From: Lobosporangium transversale
Lineage: Eukaryota
DNA: 64,000 nucleotides
Assembly: GCF_002105155.1 (NCBI RefSeq)
Contig: NW_019029000.1
Coordinates: 496,001-560,000 of the forward strand
Reading direction: 5' to 3'
Part shown: positions 27,601 through 41,085 of the stretch, piece after piece
Numbering within the stretch: position 1 is the first letter of the stretch
Layout: every line of letters begins with the position of its first letter
Position numbers and translations under genes: made by a program
Notes under the pieces: model-generated
Databases searched by the model: none
Told to the model about the DNA's origin: nothing
The model's input: only the letters and a program-made list of their open reading frames with translations

Positions 27601-29730
27601 CAAGCCGAGTTCAATGTGTATGCGGCGTCTTCCCCATTTTATGGGCCTCTATTTTTTTTTTTTTTTTTTTTTTTTTTTGATGCGTGCACGAGCCTTCAAG
27701 ATCCTAAAGAGATAAGAAAGTGACAGACAAACATTCTCTGTCTATTTTAAACGATAAAATATGGGTAAAGAAAAAAAAAAATAAAAAAAATAAATTAATA
27801 ATAACAATCTTCCTAGAGTAATTCTTCTTTAATCGATTTCTCACGCAGAGGTATTGGAACACTATCTCGCTCGTCCTGTCATTAGGATACCCTTTGTCTT
27901 ACTATATTTCCAAGGCCGAGCAGAATGTGCATGTGGACCGTCGTGTGCTTAGTAAGGATAAGCATTATTTTCTTTTTTGTTTGTTCTATTTTTTTAACCA
28001 TCAACGGCCAACAGCATTGACAGGAGCCGCAATGAACGTGATCTTTGTTTGGCTCACAGAACAAACGATCTTAATTACAAGTTGTATACACTATAAAGAA
28101 TCTGTGACATATCTGCTGACAAAGTGTATCCTACTGTTTTTGATCTTGCATAATTCTTGTTAAGGTGTGGCATGGGAATGTTGTGTGAATGGAGTGCACC
28201 GTGCGACATCAATTCGCAATTTACTGTTTACTACCATCACTAACCACCGCCACCATTATTACCTTTATTGTTACTACAGGCACTAACCAGTATAAGGACG
28301 ATCAAAGATGATAGACCTGGGAGAGACAGTAGATTGAATGGGAGCAAGAAAGGGAGATGATATGTTTTTGAAGTATGAACATGTGCTTCAAAAAAAAAAA
28401 AAAAAAAAAAAAAAGGTGAGAGATCAAATTCAACACCCAGCAGATGTCAATAACGTTTCATAATACAAAATTATAAAAGATACATTACTACGCGGTTTAG
28501 GAAGCAAGTCCAGTGTGGTGTAGCAGGTATTTGGAGAGGCGCTCATTTTTGATCTTTCGGACTTTTTTATCCCTTTCAACTTGACAGCAGGACGGAGCAG
28601 GTTGTCGGTGATCGAGAGATCTGTTTTCCATGTGATAGCTTTTTTGGGAGGAATGAAGAGTGAGCTCTCAATTCGTATGACATATTTCTAATACCAATTA
28701 CCCAAATAAGAGTTGAAGGTCCTGTGCTTGACTTGCTCTTGTGTTGCATGTTATGTACTTCCAACATCCAAATGTGTTGTATTACAAAACCTCGTTGCTT
28801 TTTTTTTTTTTTTCTCCTTTGCATCTCTTTTCTCTCTTCTTTTATCCATTTTGTCTTTTTTTTTTTTTTTTTTTTTTTTCCCTCTCTTGTTATCCACATT
28901 GACATACGCACCCCAGACAGTTCCACATTTATACTTTCAAACAAAACAAGGATCGCTACGATTAAACATCTAGAGCGAGAGTACAATAGCTTTTTCAAGG
29001 GAAAGTTATAATCAAATTCAGTTCAATTGAACCTCAAGAAGTAAGTCTAATCGAGCATAGAGCTATATACTATGCAATTTCTACAGTTCAAACAAAGAGG
29101 AAGAGGGACGGGAAAAAACCAGATGGTGAAGAGCCAAGAGGGTGCTGATATAACAGAGACAGAACCAAAGAGAAAGAGAAAGAGAGAGAGAGAGAGAGAT
29201 GGATGGAAGGATAGGTTATATGAAATCTTGAATATATTTTGGGGCAAGGCACATCTTTATTTTCCTTTGCATTGAACCAAGCTTATACATCTGAACACAG
29301 GAGAGTGGCCTCTACCCCAAAAAAGAATCGGTATAAATAAATGAATGAATGCCATTTTATTATTTTAAAACGAGCAGCTGTGCCTGTGCATTCGATCGTG
29401 TAATGTGAATGTGTAGGTTTGCTTTAATTCAGCAAGTGACTCGTTTAACGAATAGACGGCCAAACGGATGCTTGACCCAAAAAAAAAAAAAAAAAAAGTC
29501 TCTTTATCTCTCATTAACCTCCATTCTTTCTTTCTTTCTTTCTTTCTCTCCTTCTCTCCTTCCTTCCTTCCTTCCTTCCTTTTTTTCATTCTTTGCCACC
29601 ATCCTTTATCTGGTTATTTTTATTTTCATTGTTTTCCTTTTAGCTTGTATTCATTCACAATTCAAACTCATCCTACGCAAGGTTCACATCACATTGCGAT
29701 CACTTAATTACTTTCATTCTCTCATTCACA

Positions 29731-30420
29731 ATGTCCACAGGTAAGCATGTAAACACTGACTCTTCTTCCTCTCTTCCCAATCTATCTTACAATCACACCT
29801 AAAATCATAATGATGAAAAGAAAAAGAAAAAGAAAAACCATCGAGTTCAAGACCTTTCTTTCTTTTCTTGTATAGATCATTGATTTAAAAAAAGTTTTTT
29901 TTTTTTTTTTTTTTTTTTTTGTTGTTGTAACGTTATTAATAACTTCTTTTTTTACTTTTTCACTTTTTATCAGGGTCATCCCCATACACTCCTGTCTTCG
30001 TGGCAGCATTTCCTCTCTTCTATTTCTTCCTCCTTCCTCGTATCTTACAACGCCTTCCAAAAACGCTTCAATTCATTTCAAAATGTTGTGTCGTCCTCTT
30101 TGCTACCCTGGTCATGTCCGTTCTCGGCTGTCTTGTCTCAATCGTCTGTGCATTAATCGATAAACGTTATGCGATCAACTACATCGTCTCCAGAATTTTT
30201 TGTTTCCTCGCTGCCAAAACCTGTGGTGTCTCTTATCGCATCGTCGGCGAAGAAAACTTGCAAAATTATCCTGCCATCGTAGTCTGCAATCATCAATCAT
30301 CTATGGATATGATGGTCCTCGGAAGAGTCTTTCCTAAACACTGTGTCGTCATGGCCAAGAAGGAGCTCCAATACTTTCCTCTCCTGGGCATCTTTAGTAA
30401 GTAATTCCCCTCCCCATTGG

Positions 30421-30454
<34 letters not shown>

Positions 30455-31702
30455 TTTTTTATTACCCTTTTGCAGCAGAGGAGGAAGGGAAGGAAGGGGA
30501 GGAAGAGGGAAAAAAGGGTCATTTTGACATCATGTCGTTTCTATTGATGATTGATCTGTGTGCATATCAATGTCTGCGTGGTTTGCTATTGGCATTTACT
30601 TATCCCAGAGGTGGGAGGAAGAATAGGAGAAAAGTAATCCAATCTCGAAAGAAAATGTCTATTGCAAGTCAAACAAGGACAATGAAGTTGCGATCACAGA
30701 CGTTGATCGGGCAAAAAGATCAACATGATATCAGCATGGAGTAACCAGATCGATAGGACATCCTCGCCAATCTGCCGTCCCATTACCTCATAGCAACATA
30801 CAGGATCGAAGCCAAATTCATTCGATCTAATGAGGCATGGAAGAAAGCGACTTGAAAGGTGGAAAGAGAAATAATCCAATCCTTGGTGGCATAAAGAAAA
30901 AGGAAAAAAGAATTTCTGTAGGAGTTAAGACACTCATGATCAAAAAGGAACAGGCTGCTGACACTTCCGTTTCAATTTGTTTTTTACACTCTTTTCATTC
31001 AGTGAAACTCAGTAATGCCATTTTCATTGACCGCAAGAATCACAAGAAGGCGATCGAGTCAACTACTCAGGCTGTTGCAGACATGAAGAAACATAACGTA
31101 CGTATTTATTTCTGGTTACTATTTTATACGACTCTCCTCACCTCCTTTAATTTGTATTAACCGGCAAATCACATTTCCGTGCTTTTAATTTTTTTAAAAA
31201 AAAACGACTCTTTTTTGGGCTCACGGACTCGTTAAAAAAAAAAAAAAAAAAAAAAAAGTCTGGAATCTGGATATTCCCTGAAGGAACACGATCTCGTCTT
31301 GACTCTGCTGATCTCCTACCTTTCAAGAAGGGTGCTTTCCATTTGGCTATCCAAGCTCAATATCCTATTCTTCCAATTGTTTCACAAGGATACTCCCACA
31401 TCTATGACTCTTCAAAGCGTTCATTCCCTGGTGGAGAACTTGAGATCCGAGTGTTGGAACCTATCCCTACGACGGGCATGACAGTCGAGGATGTCAATGA
31501 TTTGATGGAAAAGACTCGCAACGTAATGTTGCAGCATTTGAAAGAGATGGATGTGATCAAAAATGGTGGCAAGTTATCTCCTCTTGTCGATGGTGAGACT
31601 ACAACAAATGCCTCACCAACCGCAGGAAAAACAACAGCAACATCAGTGGGTGATGTTCTGGACGAAGCTTCCGTCAAGAAGAGAAGGATACTCAAGGATT
31701 AA
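29731..31702 (+). CDS. SLC1: 1-acyl-sn-glycerol-3-phosphate acyltransferase (LPAAT); exons 29731-29740, 29974-~30396, 31003-31097, 31259-31702
   Basis: Acyltransferase motifs NHQSSMD, FIDR, FPEGTRS and PFKKGAF; exons join in frame; strongly resembles Mortierella alpina LPAAT1 as I recall it. Confidence 0.95.
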
Positions 31703-32158
31703 AAAAAAAAAAAATAAGGGTCTAACAAGGGTGAATCAAACAAAATCACACGCAAAAAAAAAAAAAAAAAAAAAAAGCAACCTTTTCTTTATTTCAAAGT
31801 CGGAGAACAATGGGAGTTTGTCGATCACTTCCATCAATTAGACGCGGCCGGACTGCAGAAAACAACCATTCATACTTGGATCAGGACAAAAAAAAAAATT
31901 TTTTTTTCTTTATTAGACATTCTCTTTCTTCTCCGCTTCTTTTTATATATATATTTATAATGTTACTACTAAAAAACTAAAAAAAAAAAAAAAAAAAAAA
32001 AAAAACTTTTATCCATGTTTTCACATTATAATTTCTATACATGTGGCTGTGGAAAAAAAGGTTGATTCACACATGAAAATCACTTTTAAATTTATTTTTT
32101 TTAAGAAACTTTAACACGCGTGCCGCTGCTGCTATTTACAACCTTTCGTCTCTTTCCT

Positions 32159-33521
32159 TTACAACTTGGGAGTACCAAAGGCCTCATGAGCTGTGAAGCC
32201 CTTGGTCTGGAGCAGTTCATGGGACATCAGTTCACCCTTGTTGTCGATCTCATTATAGATCTCCCAACCACCAGAGCCTCCAGCAATGGGCGCAAAGATC
32301 AAACGCTCATCCACACCCATAATGTCACTGATCGACAATGAGTGCTCTCCAACAATCGCAACCACATCTCGCACATGCTGAGGCACCTTCATAGCCGTCT
32401 GCTGCGAGACCAAACCGCGAGTCATGTACCAGGCCAAATACTGATCAACCATCGACAACCCCCAAAGACGCAACAAAGTCTCCAAGATAGCCCTATTTTT
32501 TTTTTTTTTTTTTTTTACAAAAGCATTTGAAGTTAATGTCAGTTTCTTTGTATTCCACTCAATTACATATAATCCCAGGAAGAAAGACTTACTTGGCACC
32601 CCCATCGACAGTCGAGATAGCCTTGAGCGTCTGTTCAAAGCAGAGGCGTTCACCGTAGGCCTTGGCAGCTGCCTGGATCGTATCCGATTCCTCACCCATC
32701 CAGACATCAAACAAAGGCTTACCCTTGCTCATCTTGCTCTGCATTGCTGACGCCAACTCCTTGAACAGACCAACCTCACGCAATTGGAACAACTTGAACA
32801 AGGTATCCAAGCTAGTGATATCCCAGTTGGCTGCTTCTTTGGGGTTAGGCAATCCACTCAGGTCCAACTGTCCCTTTTGTAAAAGTGTGACAATCTCCTT
32901 TGCAACCTTCTGCATCAACACAGAGTTGTCTCCCTCGGCGGTCATGCCAGCGTGTGAGAATGCAATGAATTGCCCGAAACGGTTCACGGACAAGTAGCCC
33001 TGACCTCCGCAGCGCTCACGGCAAGTGGTCGCCACGCGCTCGTTGTTCCAGGTCACAAGAGGCTTGATCACGCAGCAGAGACGAACCACTTCCTCCGCAT
33101 CCGCTGGATTCTTCTTAAGCGATGCTGCCGCCCAGCGCTCCTTGCAGTAGTTCAATCCAATGTTCAAGCAAACGGTCTGAGCAAGCAAAGGCAGAAGAGC
33201 ACGTTGTTGGAGTTGGTAGACCAAGATGGGCGTATCACTATTATTGCAAGTTAAAGAGGAATAATAAAAACAAGCGCATAAATATTAATTCGTATATCTT
33301 GTCGGATAAAAATAAAAAAACAGTAGATCATGGTCATGTACCTCTTGCCCTTGGGGCCAACGCAAAGACGACTGTTTGCATAGCGGAAAGCAATGGCCAA
33401 GCAGACCTTGGCGCCACCCTGGCAGAGCGAAGCGATCGCGAGACGACCTGATAGCAATTGATCGGCGACTCTGAGGAAACGTCTATGTATTTTTATTTTT
33501 ATTTTTTTATTTTATTTTATT

Positions 33522-33563
<42 letters not shown>

Positions 33564-34881
33564 TTTATAAGTGAATCCTGCAATTGAAATGATATGTATA
33601 AATCAACGTACAAATTATGTTTCATTATAACCTACCCACGGCGGTTGTTAATCGAAGAAGTAAACTTTCCGTCAGGTGAGACATCGGAGTACTTGTTCAA
33701 AATGTTCTCAGCAGGGACACGGACATGATCAAAGAAGAGTTTACCGTTATCAACACCATTGCAGCCAAACTTGACACCCATATCCTCGATACGTACACCC
33801 TTGGAGGGAGTCATGTCTTCCTCACGGATACGGACCAAAATAGCGTGAATACCCTCATCCTTGCCAGCAACAAATGTCTGGGCAAAAACGATGCACCACT
33901 TGGCATGAACAGCGGACTGAAAAGAGGAAGGGAAAAAAAAAAAAAAAAAAAAAAAAAAATTAGCAACATTTTGATTCCAACCAAGAGAGTATGGTATATA
34001 GCAGCAACAAAACCTACGTTGGTGATCCAGTACTTCTGGGCCTTGACTGTGGGTGTATGAATCTCCCATTCGTGTGTCTCAGGAAGCTAATTAAAAATAA
34101 AAATAAAAATAAAAATAAAAATAAGACATTGCCACCATATGCAATCATCAGTTCGTTCTTTTCACCCCAAAACTCTTTCTTTCGCCCTTCTTTTCTTTCA
34201 CACGGGAGAATATAGCATGCATATTCATGCGCATTATCGTGTGGATCGAGTTGGGTGGGCAGAGACATATGGATAGGATCAGAAACATTAATGAAAAGAA
34301 ACTTACATAGTGAGCAGTCGTCTCCATCTCGATCGCGTTGTTGCCATAGCCCAGCTCTGTGAGACCAAAGCACCCAATCGCGCTCATATCATCAATCTTG
34401 GGCAAAAGTTTGCGATGCCTTTCTGTCCCAAGTTTGATCACGGTACCTCCAAACAAGTTCCATTGGACAGTCATCTATTGATTCAGGAGGGAGAGTAATT
34501 ACGTGCGATTTAGCGGTATACATATAAAAAAAAAACGGACCATACTGTTTCCTCGTATAAAGATCAAATACGGTGGTTTTGATACTCTACCTTTGTACCC
34601 ATGCTTCCATCGATCATACCAGCAATTTCGTGTGCAGAGAAAACACGAAGGGGATTCTTTTCAAAGTCCATAACGGAGATGTATCCCGCATGTGCTAAAC
34701 GACGAAGGCGTTGCAACGCCAACTCACGTTTGGCCTCAAGTGAGATATCATAACGAGGAACATAGATAGGGTCCTTGGCTGCAAAATCAAGCATCTGACG
34801 ACGATGCTCATGGTTGTCGTTGGCAAGGATGTGTTGCACCTTGCCAATATCTGCAGCAGTGAACTTGAGAGTTTCAGTCAT
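32159..34881 (-). CDS. Peroxisomal acyl-CoA oxidase, multi-exon
   Basis: Motifs [31 protein letters not shown] and [15 protein letters not shown]-terminal PTS1-like PKL. Confidence 0.92.
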
Positions 34882-35852
34882 GTTTTTTTATTGGAGTAAA
34901 ATAAAGAGTAATGAGGTGATGAGAGGGAGAAAGAAAGAGATGGAAATGAGAGGTTCGAATAGGAATGAGAAAGAGAAAAGAAGAGGAGAGAAAGCGAAAT
35001 AAGAACAAACAACCAATCAAGGAAGGGGGTGCGGGTCGAGTGTCAGAAAAAGGACCAGACAATGAAAGCATGTGTGTGTACATGTTGTGAGCTATACGTG
35101 ATTGTTTATAGATCCATATTGAATGGATATTTCCTTGCCCACGGGTCTGCCATGTTTCCCTTTCTCTCCACAATGTTTTTGTCTAATGGTTTTGCATGTG
35201 TGTGTTACCAGATCAGAGGTACATGTACATGACTGAATGGCATTTTATCTTTGTTCCAGTCTTTGGTTCTATCCATTTTCACGTGCATCAGTTTCTCTCC
35301 GTCTCTTCTTTCTCTCACGCGTCGATCTATTCCTTTCATCCAAGAACTATAAAATCCAAGCCCCTCTTGGCTCCCTTACCGTCTGAACAAATAGAAAAAA
35401 AAAGAAAAGAGAAGTTTGATGAAAAAAACATAGGGTTCACGAAATACAAAAGAGCCGAGATCACTTCTTAATCTTGTGATCACGTTTTCATTTTTCATTA
35501 TTTTGTACAGAGATGGCCAAAAAATTGAACGGCCTTTTTCTTTCTCTCTTCAGATCTTTTCATGTAATTGGCCAAGTCACGTGTAACATTTATAGATCAA
35601 TTATCAAAGGAGGGGAGCAAGGAACAGCAAAAGAAAAAAGATGAAGGCATACATACAAATCCATCTAAAGGAAACGATGGATACAACATACGCATCCATC
35701 AACTTATCCAACACATTTATCCAATACAACTTCAACAATGAAATATGATTTTTGTTTTTTTTTTTTTAAGCAATCTGGATATGGACATATAAACGTCATT
35801 GGAGAGTTCTTTATTGAGGAGCTCTTGGACTGCGGCCAAGAAGAAGAAGAAG

Positions 35853-35883
<31 letters not shown>

Positions 35884-36119
35884 AGAATCTTAGAGAGTGA
35901 CAACCATTCCTTATTTTCGCCTGCAATTTACTTTGGAATTCTTTCATGGACTTTTTATAATGCATGAAAACAGGAGCAATGGATAGGAAAAGGGGAGCGA
36001 AGATCATGTCTTTTAAGCAGCAAACAAGGATTGTCCAACTGATCGCGATTCTTTTTTTTATTTTTATTATATATATATTTATTCTTGGACATGTGTGTGT
36101 GTATGGTTATCTATCCAGC

Positions 36120-36720
36120 ATGCCACCAAAGTTGGACCCTAACGAGATCAAGATCATCTACCTCCGTGCCACCGGAGGAGAGGTCGGAGCTTCCTCAGCT
36201 CTTGCCCCCAAGATCGGTCCTCTCGGTCTCTCGCCCAAGAAGGTCGGTGAAGATATCGCCAAGGCCACCCAGGACTGGAAGGGTCTCCGTGTCACCGTTC
36301 AGTTGACCATCCAGAACCGTCAGGCCGCTGTCTCCGTCGTTCCCTCGGCTTCCTCTTTGGTCATCAAGGCCCTCAAGGAGGCTCCTCGTGATCGCAAGAA
36401 GGAGAAGAACATCAAGCACAACGGTAACATCTCCATTGATGATGTCATTGAGATTGCTCGCATCATGCGTCCAAAGTCCATGGCCCGTGAGCTCTCTGGC
36501 ACCGTCAAGGAGATCCTCGGAACTGCCTTCTCCGTCGGATGCACCGTCGATGGTCAGAACCCCAAGGATGTTGGTGATGCCATCGATGCCGGTGAAATTG
36601 AGATCCCTGTAAGTCTTTTAATTATATACATGTCTTGATATGCTTATATACTATGCCTTTATGATAAACTCTGAACTCATTGAAAAAATATTTTATTTTT
36701 TATTTTTATAGGAGGCTTAA
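36120..36720 (+). CDS. RPL12: 60S ribosomal protein L12 (uL11); exons 36120-36608 and 36712-36720
   Basis: [43 protein letters not shown]...; strong codon bias; 9-nt terminal coding exon GAG GCT TAA. Confidence 0.97.
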
Positions 36721-37008
36721 ATTCACATAGTATTTTGGAGTACCGACAGAATAAAAAAAAAAAAAAAAACTCTTCTTGAAATACATTTCATTCGTTTTGA
36801 GGGATTGTCCATTGGCCGCTGCAGTGAAGATTTTGAAAAAATGTGTAGAAATCATCAGTAAAAAAAAAAAAAAAAAAATTCAAGCAAACGACAATCGTTT
36901 TCGAATGATGTATCTATACATCTTTATGTAAATATTTGTGAAGATAATGCATATTCTTGCAAACAAAAGGAGAAATTTTTGGCGGATCAATTTTTTATCT
37001 TTAAATAT

Positions 37009-38379
37009 TTAAACATAGTTTTGTGCAATTGCTATATCACTTATTGTTGGCGTCGTCGTGGTGGACGCTGTGTTCCTTAAAGCAGGATCATGCCTGAATG
37101 TACAATTCACTCCCTATAAAAAAATATGCAAATAAAAAAAAGAAAGAGAAAGTAAGCAGCTAACACTTGTACATGAATATATAAATATAAAAATATAAAA
37201 ACAGAAAATGGAAATCAAATAGTATTTAGACTTACACTTCTACAATGTCCTTTCAACCAGAAGTTACAGTTCTTTCGTGGTACAAACGACGGGCTATGAG
37301 GATTTATCTTTTGATCCGATCCTTTTTTCTCTTGTTGTTGCCGTTGCTGTTGCTTTCGTTGCGCTTCAGGCTCTGTTGTCAAAGAAGCTGTTCCCAGAGT
37401 GGCCTTCAAGAGTTGCTCAGCTTGCTTTTGTTGTGCAGCCTCCATCTCTTGACTTTGTTTCTCTAAATCCCGTTGAAGCTTCTTATTCGTTTCCTCTACA
37501 TGCTTAACTAATAGGGTTGAAAAGTCTTCCTCCTTGGATATACCAACAAGTTCCGGTCTTGCATCAAAATCCCGGCGTAATTTCTTTTTTCTTAACTCAT
37601 GCTATCCCAGCAGGAATAAAAAAAAAAAAAAAAAAAAAAAAAGATAAGACATATCAATGAGCAGTTCTTGACAATGAACAAAATAAATACAAAAAGAGTA
37701 ACAATCAAAGTAAAAAAAAAGCCACACACAATACCTGGCGTGATGGTGAATGCTCAATCTTTCTTTGTTTTCTAGTCTTTCCCCCCTGATCCTCTGTAGT
37801 ATCAAGACTGGACATTATTGTTGTTCCTGTTTCTGTCTCTATCGCTGTCCCCGTAATCGTTCCTGCCGCTCTTGCTTTTCCTATTGTTTCTGGCTTCCCT
37901 GCAACCTTTTCTGCTGCTTTTCGGTGCTTCCTTCTCCTCTTCTTATTAGCACTCTTTGTAATGCCTGTTCCTGCTTCTGTTGCTGTTTGTGATTCTGTTC
38001 CTGTTGCTGTTGATGATGATGAGGCTGTTTGGATCGGTATGGCTCCATTCTCAATATCTTTAAATGTCTTTAGTTGATGCGAGGGTGATCCTAATTTTGA
38101 TCCTAAGGATGTTGTTGTAACACCAATATCAGCAGAAGCGGTCGCAGCGATTTCGGTGGCAGGGATAGCAGTAATGTTAGCAGTAGTGGTGGTGGTAGTA
38201 GTAGAGGAAGTAAGGGCGGTAGGAGTGTTAGGTGCTGTTAGGGTTGTGGATGTTACAGGTCTGATACGCTTGAACTTCTTTGTTCCCTCTGTGGAAATGG
38301 GTACTGTGACATCAAGTGAAGGTAACACCCTTGTCATAAGTGAGTCAAGTGTAAATTTGCTTCCTGTCGATTGATGCAT
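37009..38379 (-). CDS. Low-complexity protein with a single C-terminal CCCH zinc finger; exons 38379-37735, 37601-37236, 37113-37009
   Basis: Splicing reconstitutes CNFWLKGHC-RSGVN-C-TFR-H (C-x7-C-x5-C-x3-H); basic NLS-like KKRRRKHRK. Confidence 0.78.
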
Positions 38380-38535
38380 GGTGGTATATAATGTCTTAAG
38401 ACGTGTAAAAAAGCAAGAGAAAGTCGTTTTTTCTTTTTACATGGACTAAAAAAAAAAAAAAAAAAAAAAAAAAAGCAGAAAACCAGGGTTCATTCACAAC
38501 AAAGTGACTGCCATTAAGTGTTTAGTTTAATTTAT

Positions 38536-39705
38536 TTACTTTTGATGAATAAACTCCTGATGTCTTTGTTTTCTCTCTTGCGACCGCAAGTTGATGTGAT
38601 ACTTTCTCATAACCTGATATGGGGAGCGAGTTACTACCAGTTCTGCAATCTTTTTCCAATCCAGTCCATATCTGGCTATTCCTTCATGGAACGCCATGTT
38701 TTCCTCTTCTGCCCATGGTCCTTCTTGCAAGTTCATCAAGGTCTTGTACATCCGATTTCTACATTGCATATCAGTTCGCGATTTCACTTCCTTCGCAACA
38801 CTCTGCCAGTTGACCAAACTAATATTACTGTCCATCTTGAAGTTGGGACTCTTTGGTGAATGCCCCAATTGCTTGTTCACAGCCGCTATGAGCCTGTTGC
38901 TTTCCTCTATAGACCAAAATCCTAACTTGGTATTCGATGAGGGATTAAGAACTTCCCATCGTCTCCTACAACTCGCCGTAGTACGGTCGATTCGCCGTCC
39001 ATTGATAAGTTTATTCACGACGTCTGCCCACCTAATATTCCCACGTTTATCAGTAAACAAACGGACTCTATCACAAAGCATTTGATCTTCTTCCTCAGTC
39101 CAGGATACGGGTATAGGAACGCCACGTTTAAAATCAAGATCTGGGTCGCTGTAATCCTCTTCACTATCAGAGTGGCCTACGGCCGTAACGCTATCCGTTT
39201 CGTTTTCATTTGTTTTTGTCCTTCGACGAAGTATCGATGTCCTGCAATGAATCGCATCCGTCGTCCTGTCGGGGAATCGTTGGAAAAACACGGGCATAGA
39301 TGCCTTTTGCTTTAAGAGCTCCAATATTACTGCATCCTCCCCTGCTGTCCATCGGCCCGCAAGAGTTGAATATCTATCGGATTTTTTACCCTTTCGAGCC
39401 GCTCTTTTCGGCGTTGATGCTACTTTTGCATTTTCAGAGGCGGGGGAATCCGGATTTAGTACTATCTTAGCTTTTGTATTGCCCTCTGCTGAGAGTGATG
39501 ATGGTGAGGTAGGAACATTGGAAAACTGATGTTGTCTGATCATAGGGACATGATTGCCACTGTTCCATTTGAATGCAATCGGACGAAGAAGAATCTTGGA
39601 GAAGGAAGCCGATTTGAAGTGTGAATCAAGTAAAACTCTCGCTGAGTCTTTGAAAGTACTGATAGCAAGACTATGAAGCCGCTGCAATCCGGTAGAACGC
39701 ATCAT
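38536..39705 (-). CDS. Myb/SANT-repeat protein, paralogue A (4 repeats), with presequence-like N-terminus; intronless
   Basis: Repeats WTAGED, WTEEED...W...CRRRW, WSIEES...WQSVA...RTDMQCRNR and WAEEEN...WKKIA...RSPYQV. Confidence 0.88.
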   Translation of the reverse strand: MMRSTGLQRLHSLAISTFKDSARVLLDSHFKSASFSKILLRPIAFKWNSGNHVPMIRQHQFSNVPTSPSSLSAEGNTKAKIVLNPDSPASENAKVASTPKRAARKGKKSDRYSTLAGRWTAGEDAVILELLKQKASMPVFFQRFPDRTTDAIHCRTSILRRRTKTNENETDSVTAVGHSDSEEDYSDPDLDFKRGVPIPVSWTEEEDQMLCDRVRLFTDKRGNIRWADVVNKLINGRRIDRTTASCRRRWEVLNPSSNTKLGFWSIEESNRLIAAVNKQLGHSPKSPNFKMDSNISLVNWQSVAKEVKSRTDMQCRNRMYKTLMNLQEGPWAEEENMAFHEGIARYGLDWKKIAELVVTRSPYQVMRKYHINLRSQERKQRHQEFIHQK

Positions 39706-39811
39706 TCTTTGGTTAGAACTCGCTGTTGAAGTTGGGTTGGTTTAAAAGATTCCTCTTTTCCCTTTTTACTTCATATGTAGTTTGGTGTGACTGCCGACTT
39801 TTATTTTGTAT

Positions 39812-40885
39812 TTATTTATTTAAATGAAAGTACTTCCTTCTTGCTTGGTCAGCACTACGGGTTCCCAACATTTTCGCGATCTCGTCCCAATCTCGTCCAT
39901 ATTTATTGAATCCCTCTTCAAGTGCCTTGAGCTCCTGGTCAGACCAAGGTCCCTCCAATTTTTTCAAAAGAGTTCCATGCGCACGGCGTCTGCATTGAGC
40001 ATTATCTCGCGTTCCAACCTTCTTTGCAATTTCTTTCCAATCGATCGACTGTAAATCTCCTTCCTTTCTAAAGTCGGACAGACCCTGATACTCATTGATA
40101 GCATTTAAAAGTCGATCATCCTCCATTTCTGTCCAACGTTTATAATTCAAGACCAAGCCATTCTCTAGGAAATTCCATCGACTTCTACAAGCACTTGAAG
40201 TGCGTTCCATACGTCTGCCATCGATAACGGTGTTCGCCACATCTGCCCAGTGAATCTCCTTAACTCCTTCCTTTTTAAGGCGATTCACTCTTTCTTTGAG
40301 GCCCTCATCCTCTTCTTTCGTCCAAGGTCTAGGAATCGGAACGTAGAGTCTCATATCCACTTTGCCTTTTTCCAAAAGCTCCTTTTCTCTTGCCTTCTTG
40401 CGAAGCGTGGATAATTTATGGATAACTCCATCTGGTGTCCTGTTAGGGAAATATGCACAGCAATCTGCAGCAGATAGTCTTTGGCTTAGGAGTTGCTCAG
40501 CCAGCTCATTCTCCTCTTTCGTCCAGAGTGTCTTTTTCTTAGCAAACCTCACTGGGTGTTTACCTAGTTTGGCTATCGATCTCGATGATGGTCTCTCTTC
40601 TCGAGAGAGAAAAGCAGCTCTTGAAGAAGTGACAAACTCCTCATCGGTGCTTGGAGGTGATGGTGCTGATTTTTCTTGAGTGTTGGTTGTTGATTGATGA
40701 AACCATCGGACCGTTGACAGATCATTGCTTCCCTTGGTCTTGGTCCATTGGAATGCAGTGCAGGGAACAAGAAACTTGGAGAAGGTGTTTGATCTGATGT
40801 GTGACTCCAACAGAGTTTTCGCTGGACTTCCTAAAGCACTTTTGGCGAGACTATGAAGCCAATGGGATCGTGTAGCAAGCATCAT
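39812..40885 (-). CDS. Myb/SANT-repeat protein, paralogue B (4 repeats); start set at MMLATR by alignment with the paralogues
   Basis: Repeats WTKEEN, WTKEED...CRSRW, WTEMED...WKEIA...RDNAQCRRR and WSDQE...WDEIA...RSADQARRKY. Confidence 0.88.
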   Translation of the reverse strand: MMLATRSHWLHSLAKSALGSPAKTLLESHIRSNTFSKFLVPCTAFQWTKTKGSNDLSTVRWFHQSTTNTQEKSAPSPPSTDEEFVTSSRAAFLSREERPSSRSIAKLGKHPVRFAKKKTLWTKEENELAEQLLSQRLSAADCCAYFPNRTPDGVIHKLSTLRKKAREKELLEKGKVDMRLYVPIPRPWTKEEDEGLKERVNRLKKEGVKEIHWADVANTVIDGRRMERTSSACRSRWNFLENGLVLNYKRWTEMEDDRLLNAINEYQGLSDFRKEGDLQSIDWKEIAKKVGTRDNAQCRRRAHGTLLKKLEGPWSDQELKALEEGFNKYGRDWDEIAKMLGTRSADQARRKYFHLNK

Positions 40886-41085
40886 TAGAACTGAATCAAA
40901 AGGTAGGATCTTTTTTTTTTTTTTTGTCGTGAACATTCCAAACTTTATCGTGACTGTTGATATTCGTTCGATATTTATTTGAGAAGACGTTTGCCTTAAA
41001 TTATGTGTAGCGATTAAAAGCAGAGCGAACGACACTCCACCATTCCTCCCACTTCTCCTCCTCATTCTTCTTCTCTCCGCTTGCC

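Noticed and set aside
35964..36119. N-terminal extension of RPL12 in the ORF track
   Set aside because: uL11 begins at MPPK; the upstream T-rich stretch ending CAG looks like a 5' UTR intron acceptor, and its donor was not located.
40886..41065. Longer ORF-track start for Myb B (and 42172-42279 for Myb C)
   Set aside because: These extensions do not align among paralogues and cross AT-rich spacer sequence; the MM starts align in all three.
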